Positions 39,208 to 54,317 of a DNA stretch of 64,000 nt are shown here, piece by piece. The stretch spans positions 34,844,001-34,908,000 of the forward strand of contig OX597835.1 of the NCBI GenBank assembly GCA_951406725.2. Direction: 5' to 3'. Position 1 is the first letter of the stretch, and each line of letters opens with the position of its first letter. The notes beneath the pieces were generated by a model that saw only the letters and a program-made list of their open reading frames with translations, had not been told where the DNA came from and did not search any database. The position numbers and the translations under genes were made by a program. This DNA is from Octopus vulgaris (Eukaryota).

Positions 39208-40197
39208 CCTTGAAGCTATCACTGACTGCCTTGATATATATATACATATATATATACATATATACATATATATATACATATATATATATACACTGACTGC
39301 CTTGAAGCCAGCATATTTGATGACACAGGTATGCTAATATAATATAATGTTATATAATATAACCTCCTCCACACTGTTAAAGAAACGGGATTGTTATGTT
39401 GGGAGCTGAGCAACAACATCGTTAGATAGTATAGTCCTAAAACCTATTTCTTTACTACCCACAAGGGGCTAAACACAGAGAGGACAAACAAGGACAGACA
39501 AAGGGATTAAGTCGATTACATCGACCCCAGTGCGGAACTGGTACTTAGTTTATCGACCCCCGAAAGGATGAAAGGCAAAGTCGACCTCGGCGGAATTTGA
39601 ACTCAGAACGTAGCGGCAGACGAAATACATCTAAGCATTTTGCCCGGCGTGCTAACGTTTCTACCAGGTCGCCGCCTTACTACAGAAAAATATCGAAGTA
39701 TTTCGATTTCGGATTTGGTTTGCAAGATTCTTTATGTGAGTTCGTGTGTTGAAGCATATTCTGTTGTGTCTGGGGAGAGCCATTTTCTTTTCTTTTTTTG
39801 TTTGCCTTATAATTTAACAGAGTCAAGACTATTGAAAAGACAACGAAAATTTCAGGAAAATAAATATAAGAAATAAGTGGAAATTTTAGCGGTGAGTGTG
39901 TTAAATTATAAGGCACAAGAACAAAAGGACTCTCCCTTGACACAGCAGGAAATTAAAGTACTTTCTTCTGTATTCAACAAGTGAAACACAGCATCAAATG
40001 TTGCATTCAAATTTTGTGCTTCAATCTATAAATTGTGTTTGATTTTACAGATGGTTCACCTATTTGTTGTAGTGAACGGTTCCAGGGACACTAGGTAAAT
40101 AGTACCGCAATGTTCATTAGGAAATAGGAATACATAATGATGCTATGTCATAATCAGCTATAATAAAGAAAGCTGTTTATTAATTAGTTATTAATAT

Positions 40198-41235
40198 TAA
40201 TATGGAGGTCAGTTCAGTTCAGAAAATAAGAGTGCTGCGACCTACTTTTGTGATCTGGCGTCAGGGAGACGGGTAAATCTTTTGTTCTGTCAGTTTCTGG
40301 GGAGGTTTATGTATTCGGAGGAGACCTTTGGCCTTGTTCCGGTCAAAGAAGGGTCGAGGAACCACCCCTTTAAAAACGCGACGCGCTGGACTTTTTGGAG
40401 TTAGTCGGCAGTTGGGATTGTAATCGAGCAGTCAGTCGGTGAGGCAGTCGAGAACAGAGGAGTTGACAACAGGGTAGCTGGCGTGAGAGACAGGAGCGAT
40501 GCAGACGGTCGGCCAAGCAGGTGGCGATGGCGAAGGCAACTACATCGTTGAGAAAGACAGACAGACAGCGAGAGGATGACAGCGTAGAGGAAGACAGGCA
40601 GATAGGATTAAGGAACTGAGAGAGAGGGATTACGGCATGAAGGCATTGGCTATTCGTAGTGGGAGTTTCTGAAATTGTTGTAACTAGAAAATGTAACGGT
40701 ATGTGTTGTTCATGCTTTGATGAGAATTGTGTTAAAAAGAGTTGTTAAAGAAAAGAAATGAGATTGTAAAAGACATTGTGAAAAGAATTGATGTGAAAAA
40801 AAAAAGAGAAAGAAGGAAGGAGGAAAAAGAAAGAACTGTGTTGAATAGAGAAAGAAAGAGAAAGTCTTTAATGTGAACATTATTTGTTTTGATTCGACGT
40901 GAACTGTTTAAATGCTTTGATTTTGTTGTTTTCTTGCATGTTATTTTCTTTAACGTATCTCTGATATGTATCTCATTGTATTTGATGTCGTAATTGTTAT
41001 AAACTATTTTTAAACGTAGGCCAATTGCCTTCCGCCGTCTCTCTCTGTATCTCTTCCTGCTGTTGTTGTTGCTGTTCTCTCCGTCGCCGGTTGCCGAGTT
41101 CGCTGCCATTCTCCCCCACCGAATTCTCTCGTTCCGTGGCGAATTCCCCGTTCGATCGAGCCGGTCAATCGTCGTCGCTCGACTTGGTAGGGTCCCGTGT
41201 TTCCGAAGAGTTTGAGTGACGGCAGGTTCGTAACA
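40198..41235 (+). repeat. 5' LTR
   Basis: taatatggaggtc...gtaaca (TG start mutated to TA); highly similar to the 3' LTR. Confidence 0.9.
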
Positions 41236-41237
41236 AC

Positions 41238-41256
41238 TGGTGTCAGAAGTGGGATT
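41238..41256 (+). promoter_or_regulatory. Primer-binding site complementary to the tRNA-Leu 3' end
   Basis: tggtgtcagaagtgggatt, 2 nt after the LTR; complement of ..AATCCCACTTCTGACACCA. Confidence 0.85.
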
Positions 41257-42051
41257 GTCCTGATTGCTGCGGTCGATCGGTTGTTCGCTATGGATTCGGT
41301 GGAGGCACGAACTGGTAGCCAGACTGGAGAGAAAGAGATCTCGCTGGCCTTGATTGTGGAGATGTTGAGGGGCCAGATTGCGCAGACACGCGCATTCAAC
41401 GAAGAGATGCGTAGGAGGCGACAGGGCCTGTGGGCAGATCAGCAAGAGCTTGAGGTTGCGGATGGGTCAACCTTGGAGGATCGGTGTTGGACCGGGGATA
41501 GGGATGGTCCTGTGGGCGGAGATTGCCCGTCAAACGAAGTGGAAAGTGAAGAGTGTGGGTCGGAGGAGCCCTGTGATGTTGAACCTGTAGTGGATGCTGG
41601 ACCCGAAAGGCCCGCTGAGTCTGATATTGAGAAGCCCGAGGAGCCTGTTGAGTGTGTGTTGTCTGCTGCTGTTGTTTCGTGTCTGGAGCCTTTGGCATCT
41701 CGACCCCTGTCTTTCGGGACTCAGGACGAAAAGCTTGCTGAGTGTGAGCTTGTGAAGTCTGGAGCTGATGTCACTGAGTCCAAGGAGCCAGCTGTGTGTG
41801 TGGTGGCCGCTGCGGTTGATGTTCCGTGTCTGAGTCCTTTGGTGTCTGGACCCCTGTCTCTCGGGGCTCAGAAGGACTGTATGGTGCTCACTGTGGAGGG
41901 GCCACAGGTGTGGATGGACTGTCGGAGGAACTTGCGTTTGGTGAAGCCTTCGGTGCGGAAGCTGGTGACGAAGAGGGCCAAGCCTGGTGACGAGGCGAGA
42001 CGGCGGCGAACGGTGGTAGGACTACAAAGAACGGGAAGACTGCTCTAGTGT

Positions 42052-42665
42052 TGGGTGAGCTTTGTGGTTGATGGCTGCTTGGGGCTGGTGGAGCCCGACA
42101 GGCGGTGCCTAGTGAAAGCTCAAGTGAGGGTCGGGTGGACCCTGGTAGAGGCAGAAGCTGACAGAGCGCTGGCTGGGTCAGCGGATCTCTTGGAAGTGGC
42201 ACAAGCGATTTGTAGAGGACAAATCGAGGAATCGTGCCAGATGGTGAACCAGCGGCAGGGCCAGTTCTGCCAATACAGTAACGCAGTCAAAGGAGTTGGT
42301 GGTCTGCCTGTGCAGTTGCGGAAGCGGTCTGCAAGGAGTCGCCGGTGCTTGGTTGGCACTCGGGTGAGCTTTGTGTTCGATGGTTGCTTGGGGCTGGTGG
42401 AGCCCGATAGGCAGTGCATGCTGAGAGCTCGAGTGAGGGTCGAGTGGACCCTGGTAGAGGCAGAAGCTGACGGAGCGCTGGTTGGGTCGGCCGATTTATT
42501 GGAGGCTGCGCAGGCGATTTGTAGAGGGCAAATCGGGGAACTGCGCCGGACGGTGAACAAGCGGCAGGGCCAGTTCTGCCAATACAGTAATGCAGTTGAA
42601 GGAGTTGGTGATCTGCCTATGCAGTTGCGGAGGCGGTCCGCAAGGAGTCGCCGGTGCTTGGTTGG
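42052..42665 (+). repeat. In-frame 309-bp tandem duplication inside the LTR element
   Basis: SFVVDGCLGLVEPDR..RSARSRRCLVG occurs twice with a 103-aa period. Confidence 0.85.
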
Positions 42666-43233
42666 CCCTCGGATGTTGGTGAAAAGCGCAGGACGTTGGT
42701 CGCGAGGGTTGTCGGATGTTGGTCGCACGGACCTGGCGGAGTGCTTCATCAACCCAGGCGGTCGTTGCTCGAGGAGGCAGCAGGGTCGGAGGATGGACCC
42801 AGTTCGGCTGCGAAAATCGAGGAGATATCGGTGACAGGGAACAGTGGAAAAGCGGAATGGTTCCTGGTCGTCGGCGATAGTTGCGCGGAACGAAGACGGC
42901 ACAGCAAGGTGCTACGTGGGATATAGAGCGCTGAGGGAGGTGGCCACTGTGAAGGATTGGCTGGACCCTGCCTGTGTGAGGGAGTTAAGGAACTTCCTCG
43001 GACGGTGCAATTATTGTAGGCGGCTCGTGGGAAGCCTCGCGGCCTTGGCGGGGCCGTTACCCAGGGCGCAGAGGGAAGATGCCAACTTGTGGCCGGTGGT
43101 GAAGTGGTGGCCGTGGGAAGCGAGACCTCCGGAAGAGAAACTACCCAAGGAGACCTCCAGTTCCTGGAGCATCAGCTGGAGCTCGCCCTCGGAGGTACGG
43201 GTTTAGTGTGCTTCTGTCGGGTCGACAAAGCTT

Positions 43234-43246
43234 AGGGAGGGGGTAG
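43234..43246 (+). promoter_or_regulatory. Polypurine tract
   Basis: agggagggggtag immediately before the TG of the 3' LTR. Confidence 0.8.
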
Positions 43247-44306
43247 TGATATGGAGGTCAGTTCAGTTCAGAAAATAAGAGTGCTGCGACCTACTTTTGT
43301 GATCTGGCGTCAGGGAGACGGGTAAATCTTTTGTTCTGTCAGTTTCTGGGGAGGTTTATGTATTCGGAGGAGACCTTTGGCCTTGTTCCGGTCAAAGAAG
43401 GGTCGAGGAACCACCCCTTTAAAAACGCGACGCGCTGGACTTTTTGGAGTCAGTCGGCAGTTGGGATTGTAGTCGAGCAGTCAGTCGGTGAGGCAGTCGA
43501 GAACAGAGGAGTTGACAACAGGGTAGCTGGCGTGAGAGACAGGAGCGATGCGGACGGTCGGCCAAGCAGGTGGCGATGGCGAAGGCAACTACATCGTTGA
43601 GAAAGACAGACAGACAACGAGAGGATGACAGCGTAGAGGAAGACAGGCAGATAGGATTAAGGAACTGAGAGAGAGGGATTACGGCATGAAGGCATTGGCT
43701 ATTCGTAGTGGGAGTTTCTGAAATTGTTGTAACTAGAAAATGTAACGGTAAGTGTTGTTTATGCTTTGATGAGAATTGTGTTAAAAAGAGTTGTTAAAGA
43801 AAAGAAATGAGATTGTAAAAGACATTGTGAAAAGAATTGTTGAACTAAAAAGAGAATTGATGTGAAAAAAAAAAGAGAAAAAAGGAAGGAGGAAAAAGAA
43901 AGAACTGTGTTGAATAGAGAAAGAAAGAGAAAGACTTTAATGTGAACATTATTTGTTTTGATTCGACGTGAACTGTTTAAATGCTTTGATTTTGTTGTTT
44001 TCTTGCATGTTATTTTCTTTAACGTATCTCTGATATGTATCTCATTGTATTTGATGTCGTAATTGTTATAAACTATTTTTAAACGTAGGCCAATTGCCTT
44101 CCGCCGTCTCTCTCTGTATCTCTTCCTGCTGTTGTTGTTGTTGCTGTTCTCTCCGTCGCCGGTTGCCGAGTTCGCTGCCATTCTCCCCCACCGAATTCTC
44201 TCGTTCCGTGGCGAATTCCCCGTTCGATCGAGCCGGTCAATCGTCGTCGCTCGACTTGGTAGGGTCCTGGGTTTCCGAAGAGTTTGAGCGACGGCAGGTC
44301 GTAACA
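43247..44306 (+). repeat. 3' LTR
   Basis: tgatatggaggtc...gtaaca. Confidence 0.9.
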
Positions 44307-44389
44307 ATATGTTATTCTAAAGGAAAGCATTCATTAAAGTCTGCATTGTCGAGAAAATTATAAAAAGTTGTAATCTCTCTCTCTCTCTC

Positions 44390-44433
<44 letters not shown>

Positions 44434-44622
44434 TGTATTTTTACCTTGTTAACAATTAACACGGAAAAATAAATAAATAGTTACCAGGGCAGCAAAAATC
44501 TCACAAGTAAAGGTGTTGTAACTCCTTGTTTATAAAGGTAGAAACTTCGTGTTTACGTTGAATATTTTGAATAATATGAATTAAAAAAATGGAGTTAACG
44601 CAGGTGTAATCAAATATTTTTA

Positions 44623-44706
44623 CTTTCGACACATGTTTCGAAAATTCCACTGATACTATTCAAAAGAATAAATGGTATAAACAATGCAATCTTCTCCTCA
44701 GGAAAG
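44623..44706 (-). ncRNA. Type I hammerhead ribozyme with extended stem II
   Basis: cuuuc-CUGAGGA-gaagauu..aauuuuc-GAAAC-augu-GUC-gaaag: 5-bp stem I, 7-bp stem II, GUC cleavage triplet; lies inside an inverted-repeat-bounded unit (~44574-44822). Confidence 0.75.
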
Positions 44707-45599
44707 TGAAAAAAACGAAACTCGTCAATAAGACATTTTAGCAAAAAATGATGGATTTGTATAGCGATAGACAGAACGCTATTAATATTGTTTAAAAAAA
44801 CTCCATTTTTTTAATTCATATATATATATATATATATATATACTTACAAAGTGAGATAGGGGTTATGAGTGTAACCCACTATGGGATATCATTTATCCAA
44901 TATACTGCCAGTAAAGTACCCAGAAAAGCTAATACATAAATGCTAAGAATTGCAATGCAATTAATTCATTTATTGTATTACATGGGCGAGGGTAAAATGT
45001 TTTCCTCAAATTCATAATACAAAAAATATGAAAATGGAGGAATAGACTTCTTTCAATCATCAACTACTAGATAATACCAATTCATATAATTTATTAACTA
45101 GTTATTTAGGAACATCCAGATCAAACAGAATAAAACGGTACACATCAATGAAAGGCAAAGTCTACCTCGGCTGAATTTGATCTCAGAATGTAGCGGCAGA
45201 CGAAATACCGCTAAGCATTTCGCCCGGCGTGCTAGCGTTTCTGCCAGCTGGCCGCCTTGAAATTTATCAATATTAAAATGTCATAAGGCCTAGTATTTTA
45301 GAGGAGGGAGCACATCGATAACATCGCTTCCAGTACTCAACAGATATTAATTTTATCGACCCCGAAAAGATTAAAGTACTGTTGACTTCAGTAGAATATT
45401 AACTCAGAACGTAAATCATATATTGCAAGACTTTTCGATGTCGAATATACGAAATTGTTCTTTATTTAAAAGGAAATAAAACCAACACAAATATTTTTTG
45501 AAACAACTGTACTTTATTTTAATGGAAAAATAATATTTTTTTTTTTAGAAAACAGAGAACGTTAATGATAATAAATTTGTCCAGCGAAAAATAAGAACT

Positions 45600-45942
45600 G
45601 TGGTGAACAGTTTAATGACGGAATTGTGGCGACGACATGCATGGCGTCGAAAAATTTGGTAACAAAATTTTGGCGCCGAAAAATTTAACGACGAGAAGTT
45701 TGGTGAAGGTATGCGTGACGGCGAAAAGTTTAACAACATTTGGCGATCAAATGCTTGGCAGTGGTATGCACAGCGTTGGAATTTCAGCGACGAAAAATTT
45801 AGCGACGGAAAGTTTGGCGATGAAATCTTTGATGGCCGTATGTATGGCTGCGAAAAGTCTTGGTGACGGAAAGTTTGGCGAGAGAGAAGTGTGACAGTAG
45901 CTTTTGCGACGAGGAGTTTGATGACAAAAGTCCGGTGAGAGG
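45600..45942 (+). repeat. Array of degenerate ~15-bp gcgacgaaaagtt repeats (DNA-transposon subterminal-type)
   Basis: Repeated ggcgacg/aaaagt units ending aaaagtccggtga. Confidence 0.55.
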
Positions 45943-46072
45943 TCACAGATCCGGTATTACAGAAATGTAATTAGGATGTCGTAGGAAAGAATCCCAAAAC
46001 GGATTCTTCAAGTCGAGCCAAACGACAGGAAACGAAGTGGTAGACCAAGAACAAGATGGTTGGATGATATCC

Positions 46073-46482
46073 AGGCGCAGGAGTGGCTGTGTGGTAAGTA
46101 GCTTGCTAACCAACCACATGGTACCAGGTTCAGTCCCACTGCGTGGCATCTTGGGCAAGTGTCTTCTGCTATAGCCCCGGGCCGACCAATGCCTTGTGAG
46201 TGGATTTGGTAGACGGAAACTGAAAGAAGCCTGTCGTATATATGTATATATATATATATATATATGTATGTATGCGTGTGTGTTTGTGTTTATCCCCCTA
46301 GCATTACTTGACATCCGATGCTGGTGTGTTTACGTCCCCGTCACTTAGCGATTCGGCAAAAAGAGACCAATAGAATAAGTCCTGGGCTTACAAAGAATAA
46401 GTCCCGGGGTCGATTTGCTCGACTAAAGGCGGTGCTCCAGCATGGCCGCAGTCAAATGACTGAAACAAGTAAAAGAGTAAAA
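46073..46482 (+). mobile_element. SINE family A
   Basis: Homologous to 21305-21750. Confidence 0.85.
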
Positions 46483-46957
46483 GCGAGAGAGAATAGTTTC
46501 AGTTGGTCGCGCTTGAGAATCCATCCGGAAAGTGTAATGAGGGTTGTTTTTGATAGGACCCAATGGAAAGGGGCCTGAAGACTCTACCCCACAACCCCGA
46601 CTTCCCCAGGAATATTGGGTGGAATAGTGGGTGTGGCGGAGGAAATGAAAGTCCTGTGAAAAAATAGTATAGAATATCTGAATGCTGTGAAAATAAACAG
46701 TTTATATGAAATGCCTGAAGTGGTGCGTGGTAGAAAAAGTAAGTTATTCCCATGGTATTGTTCCAGGTGACCATATGCTACAATAACTTCGTTCGCATGT
46801 GACAGTTTCTATAACATTATCTGGATATAGACAAGAACACAGGTGACACGTATCCATCCATATCTATCTCGTTTAATGGTAACAGCAGTAAATGCGCCTG
46901 GCAATTAGCATGTTGCCTACCATGGGAGTCACCGGTGACTCCTCATGCTATATATAT

Positions 46958-47432
46958 ATTTCTTTACTACCCACAAGGGGCTAAACACTGAGAGGACAAA
47001 CAAGGACAGACAAACGGATTAAGTCGATTACATCGACCGCAGTGTGTAACTGGTACTTAATTTATCGACCCCGAAAGGATGAAAGGCAAAGTCGACCTCG
47101 GCGGAATTTGAACTCAGAACGTAACGGCAGACGAAATACGGCTACGCATTTCGCCCGGCGTGCTAACGATTCTGCCAGCTCGCCACCTTTTATATATACC
47201 TATTTCTTTATTACCCACAAGGGGCTAAACACAGAGGGGACAAACAAGGACAGACATAGGTATTAAGTCGATTACATCGACCCCAGTGCGTAACTGGTAC
47301 TTAATTTATCGACCCCGAAAGGTTGAAAGGCAAAGTCGACCTCGGCGGAATTTGAACTCAGAACGTAACGGCAGACGAAATACGGCTACGCATTTCGCTC
47401 GGCGTGCTAACGATTCTGCCAGCTCGACGCCT
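46958..47432 (-). mobile_element. SINE family B, two tandem copies
   Basis: Reverse complement of family B. Confidence 0.85.
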
Positions 47433-47829
47433 TTCATATATACCATTGGACTCACCAGTGACTCTCAATGCAAATGTTCTTTTTAGGGTGTTTTGCTTAA
47501 CTGTGTTTCGAAATACATTCTTCGACTTTTAGGAAATGTACAGAACATATTTTTTCTTTGAACTTCTCGGGTGGTTTCCAACTTGAATCAATGGAAGCTG
47601 AGATAGGATTTGGTAAGGAGGACACAAGCTACTGTCATCTCCACTCAGTGATGGAAATGACAGTGCTGCCCTCTATAAAATAATATTTTGCGAAAATCAA
47701 GCTTTGATGGGCTACCTGTCTGTCCGTCTGTCCGCCTGAGTGTCTGTCTGTGTATCTGCCTGCATGCCTGTCTGTTTATCAGTCAGTCACCCAATAGCGG
47801 CTGCAGCAAGATATTTATCTATTTATTTA

Positions 47830-48136
47830 TGCGCCCTTTTCAAGCCTAGCCAGGCTCATGGGCCCGGTTTCCCGGTTTCTATGGCATATATGTTCCCCGC
47901 CAGCTGGACGGGACGCCAGTCCATCGCAGCGTTACTCAAGAAACAGGAAGAGAGAGTGAGAGAAAGTTGGGGTGGAAGAGTAGAACAGGGGTCGCCACCA
48001 ACCACCTGCCGGAGCCTCGTGGAGCTTTAGGTGTTTTCGCTCAATAAACACACACAATGCCCGGTCTGGGAATCGAAACCGCGATCCTCCGACCGCGAGT
48101 CCGCTACCCTAACCACTGGGCCATTGCGCCTCCACG
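47830..48136 (-). mobile_element. tRNA(Arg)-derived SINE, family C
   Basis: Reverse complement of the head at 58764. Confidence 0.8.
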
Positions 48137-48606
48137 TAGCAAGATATACTTAACTATATAATATAACCAGAAATATAATCTGTAGGAAAAAAGATAAATA
48201 ATTGAAAAAATCTATAAAGACCTGGGCATTTTAATACTTTTTAACGTGTATCATTGGTGGCTTCGTTGGTATAGAATGTATGTAATATTTGTTCTGTAGC
48301 GCAAGAGTCACCAGGAATACCCACGTTCATAAACCAATGTAATAGTTTATATAGTGAACGGGGACATATATTTCGCATTAAAAATTGAAAAAAAAAATGA
48401 TTAATTCATAACAAGATTAGACCGCTGGTACAAAAGAAGATAAGGAATTATAGCGCACAATGTGCTTGGTAGGTAAAGTGTTAGTTAACGCATGGGACTC
48501 AACTAGCAACATTTTTTTGAAGTCACGCAAACGACGATTTCTAATATCATCAAGAGACATTTTATTTGTTGTCCCATAAATCAAATCAAATAAAAAAAAA
48601 TTCGCA

Positions 48607-48700
<94 letters not shown>

Positions 48701-48909
48701 GTCTGTCTGTCTGTCTATCTGTCTGTCTGTCTGTCTGTTTGCCTGTCCGCCCACCTACCTACCTACCTACCTACCTACCAACCTACATACCAATCTGCTT
48801 GTCTGTTTGTCTGTCCACCCGTCCGTTCATCTGTCTGTGTGCCTGCCTGCCTACCTGTCTGTCTCAATCTCTCTATCTGCCTGCCTGTCTGTCTGTCTGT
48901 CTGTTTGTC

Positions 48910-50310
<1,401 letters not shown>

Positions 50311-50518
50311 TCCTTTCTACTGGAGGCGTAAGACCTCAAAGGGGACTATTCGATTACATCAACCCCAGTACACAACTGGTACTTAATTTATCGACTCCGA
50401 AAGGATGAAAGGCAAAGTCGACCTCGGCGGAATTTGAACTCAGAACGTAGCGGCAGACGAAATACCGCTAAGCATTTCGCCCGGTGTGCTAACGATTCTG
50501 CCAGATCAGGTGCTAGAG

Positions 50519-50791
50519 CAGAGGTTCCCAACCAGGGAGCCCACGAGTAAAAAATTGTGATTTGTGGGTCCATATATAAATTTTGTTTTCCAGGAGAGGT
50601 ACCTGAATTTATTGAAATTTTCAAGATTTGTATTTAGAATTTATTATGAACATAACGAAATTGTTTCATTGTTAGTTTTTACTAACCTACAAACAAATAT
50701 TTTATTTCAGAAATTTATATGTGCATATATGGGGTCCATAGATGATAAGCTCCCAGGGGGCCCACAAGCAAAATAAGGTTGGGAACCCTTG
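50519..50791. mobile_element. hAT-type MITE
   Basis: TIRs cagaggttcccaacc/ggttgggaacccttg; 8-bp TSD tgctagag. Confidence 0.85.
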
Positions 50792-50799
50792 TGCTAGAG

Positions 50800-51221
50800 C
50801 ATAACAGACCGGACATGGAGGCGGTGGACATGGTGCACCACATATGCTATATAGTCGATGTTGCCTCTTTGACCCTCGAAAAGACAAGAAAGAAGACGAA
50901 AAGATAGATACAACCCTCTTAAGTACGAAATAGCCCGGCTAAGGAAAAAAGGATGAAAGTGAAGCTAGTGTCAGTTATTGTTGGGTGGTTGGAAATAGTA
51001 TCAGAAGGCATCAAGAGGATTATAAAAGAAATAGAGTGCCCAGTAGAACTGTTACAAAAAAGATTTGGCTCCTTGGCACGGCCAGAATAATCAGGAAAGT
51101 AATAGATAGCCGAAAAGAACGGTACTGCAGGGTGCAGGTAGAAAACCCGCTACGCATGCAAGACTTCAGGAGCTCCAACAAAACCCCTGATAAAAAGAAA
51201 ATAACAATAATAATAATAATG

Positions 51222-51297
<76 letters not shown>

Positions 51298-51325
51298 TGA
51301 TAATAATAATGATTAATAATAATTA
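50800..51325 (+). mobile_element. Second R4/Dong-type 3' fragment with (TAA)n tail
   Basis: RPDM..CYIVDVA..EKIDRYNPLKYEIARL..LLGTARIIRKV followed by (TAA)n. Confidence 0.7.
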
Positions 51326-51472
51326 AATAATGAAATCAAATGTTTATACGACGAGTTGCTGAAAAAGAAAGATGAAGCCTCTATTGAAAAATCATTTTGG
51401 GCTCGTAAAAGCTAGTTTGAAAGGCTTAGGAAGCACTGATACATACATACACACATAGATACATACACACAT

Positions 51473-51527
<55 letters not shown>

Positions 51528-51994
51528 TACATACATACATACATACATACATACATACATACATACATACATACATACATACGTACATACGTACATACAT
51601 ATATTCTTACATATATGCATAATACGTATGTATACATGCTTGTATAATTTTTAAAGCTCCGACGAAACTACGACATGATGCACAAGCACTCAACTCTGAG
51701 TGCATTGCACTCGACAGCAGAAACATCTGTAAGCTAGTGAAGTACATCACATATTTTCATGTTCCTTTGTCATTTATACAATTTACTACGATCTGTACTC
51801 GCCTACCGTTTTCTCTGAAGCTTATGTACAATGAATTCTAACATCAGGTTATTAGTATCATTGTACCTATATGATTACAGTACATTGAGAGTCTAGTAGA
51901 TTGTCTGACATTGATTGATTCCTCTTCATTAACTAGAAACCTGTTGGCAACTCCCAGTAGATTTGATTCTAAATGGCTAAAGATTACATTCTAC

Positions 51995-52397
51995 GGATCT
52001 TTTCGGTTTGAACGGCAGTTTTTAACATAATTTCTAAATAACTAAAAAAATTTAAACTTCGTATACTGATAGAATGTGTCTATAAAACATCTTTTTCTCT
52101 TGGCTTTATTGAGAAAATTCTATAGTTTGTAAGATATTTGTTGTTTTTTCATCAATTTCTGCAATTTCAACCAATCAATGACGTCCATTGAGGTAAAATC
52201 ATTCTGTGTCGTATGAATATGTCCCTCGTTTAAGAAACAGATTGGGTTTATTTACATTTGTGAAGAAAAAAAGATACCCTCCCCCCACCCCTAACCCTAA
52301 CTAACCCTAAATCTAAAACAGATTGAAATGCAATAGATCGATACTAGGGTCATAATTATGGGTGACAATTTCATATGACACCGCTAGGAAAAACTAT
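51995..52397. mobile_element. Merlin-like MITE, right TIR lost
   Basis: Matches 4504-4921 including ccctaa repeats. Confidence 0.8.
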
Positions 52398-52926
52398 TGT
52401 CTATAAAGTATACAATGTAGAGAAAAAAGAAGATTTGAACACATAGAGGAAAGCACCTTCGAAAAGTGTCTTGGTGCGACTATGAAAGGTATCTAATCAG
52501 AGGCGGTAAATTCGCCACAATAGAAGCAAGGTTCGAGTTAACGGAGCGTGCGAGGGAGTACTCGACTCGAACTTGCAAAGTGGAAATATTTTACTTCTAC
52601 CTTTATATCTGGGACGTAGGACGTCCCGGAAGAAATTTTAAAATGTACCCCGCGCCAGAAGTAGAGGTATGCTGGATTGTAGCCACACTTGTATACAAGA
52701 GGGAAGACAAGATACAATTGATCGAAATTACAAGAGACGGGCTAACAATTCCAGTCTGTTATATATTTTGAGTATTGTTATCACTAGCGTTTTCAAGATA
52801 TAACTTTGTGTTTTGTATTTCATGTGTAGATGTATATATAGATGTACATGTAATATGTACACATATATATACACATATATACATACACTAGCACTATGAC
52901 CCGGCAACGACAGGTCTTTAATGCTA

Positions 52927-52927
<1 letters not shown>
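52390..52927 (+). mobile_element. Degenerate Tx1-like ORF1 fragment joined to a Helitron-type 3' end
   Basis: KTIVYKVYNVEKK..FEKCL..LIRGGKFATIEARFE aligns with ORF1 ERIVTYKVYSFKEKK..VEKCL..IARGARSATVEVHFD; ends hairpin + CTAG|T. Confidence 0.65.
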
Positions 52928-52975
<48 letters not shown>

Positions 52976-53000
52976 TATATATATATATATATATATATAT

Positions 53001-53167
53001 AGGCGCAGGAGTGACTGTGTTGTAAGTAGCTTGTTTACCAACCACATGGTTCCGAGTTCAGTCCTACTGCGTAGCACCTTGGGCAAGTGTCTTCTACTAT
53101 AACCTCGGGCCGACCAAAGCCTTGTGAGTGGATTTGATAGACGGAAACTGAAAAGAAGCTCGTCGTA

Positions 53168-53207
<40 letters not shown>

Positions 53208-53430
53208 TGTGTGTGTTTGTGTGTCTGTGTTTGTCCCCCTAGCATTGCTTGACAACCGATGCTGGTGTGTTTATGTCCCCGTTACTTAGCGGTTCGGCAA
53301 AAAAGACCGATAGAATAAGTACTGGGCTTACAAAAGAATAAGTCCCGGGGTCGAGTTGCTCGATTAAAGGCGGTGCTCCAGCAGCGCCGCAGTCAAATGA
53401 CTGAAACAATTAAAAGAGTAAAAAGAGAGT
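53001..53430 (+). mobile_element. SINE family A
   Basis: Homologous to 21305-21750. Confidence 0.85.
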
Positions 53431-53509
53431 ATATATATATATATCCTTAAAATCCTTTAAAATGCTTTAGCCCGAAGGCCGCGGCCATGCTGTATACACA
53501 TACACACAT

Positions 53510-53574
<65 letters not shown>

Positions 53575-54069
53575 CTAATTTAGGATTTTCCTCTCAACGT
53601 TACCCTTACTTTCGTCTCTGTGTGGCCCTAAGACTGTATTCTGTTCATAATATTTCGTCTTTGTCCCTCGTCCGTCCACTAATGGTCAAGTCTTGAGTCA
53701 CATCTATGCATGTTCGTATGTCCACTTCTGTATAGCTTGTTTATCCATTTATTGTTTGTTCGCCCTCGACCTGTTATCTTTTTGGTCCTATTTCCTGACA
53801 GCCTCTTGTGCCAGAACCACAAGAAGGGTCCATCGTTAAAAATTTCAAAACAGCGTTTGACCCTGTGGCCGATAACTGATGAGGAGTTCGTGACCTATGA
53901 GATGTTGTTTTGTTTCATCAGGAGTTATGTTTCATCAGGTGATGGAACACAAGATTTCTTAATGCAGAGAAACGGTTACATAACCAAATAACTGCAAAAC
54001 TGGAGAACTACATTGCGTGGAAACAGTTGTAGTGATTACAAATGAATGTTGACTCCACCTTATTCAATT

Positions 54070-54317
<248 letters not shown>

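Larger units (their letters stand above)
40198..44306 (+). mobile_element. Non-autonomous Ty3/Gypsy LTR retrotransposon
   Basis: Two ~1.05-kb LTRs, 4-bp TSD ATAT (40194-40197, 44307-44310), PBS, PPT; the 2-kb interior holds only fragments of RT and connection/RNase H (SWSSAIV..DGTARCYVGYRAL; VKDWLDP..VRELRNFLGRCNYCRRLV). Confidence 0.92.

Noticed and set aside
40732-44330. Minus-strand ORFs over the LTRs (237 aa, 182 aa) and 42120-42902
   Set aside because: Antisense frames through LTR and simple sequence with no recognisable domain
45600-45942. CRISPR-like array
   Set aside because: Degenerate contiguous short repeats without unique spacers or cas genes, in a eukaryotic context
53876-54035. 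Possible long hammerhead (ctgatgag..gaaacagttgta)
   Set aside because: Stem II does not close next to GAAA and stem I pairs poorly
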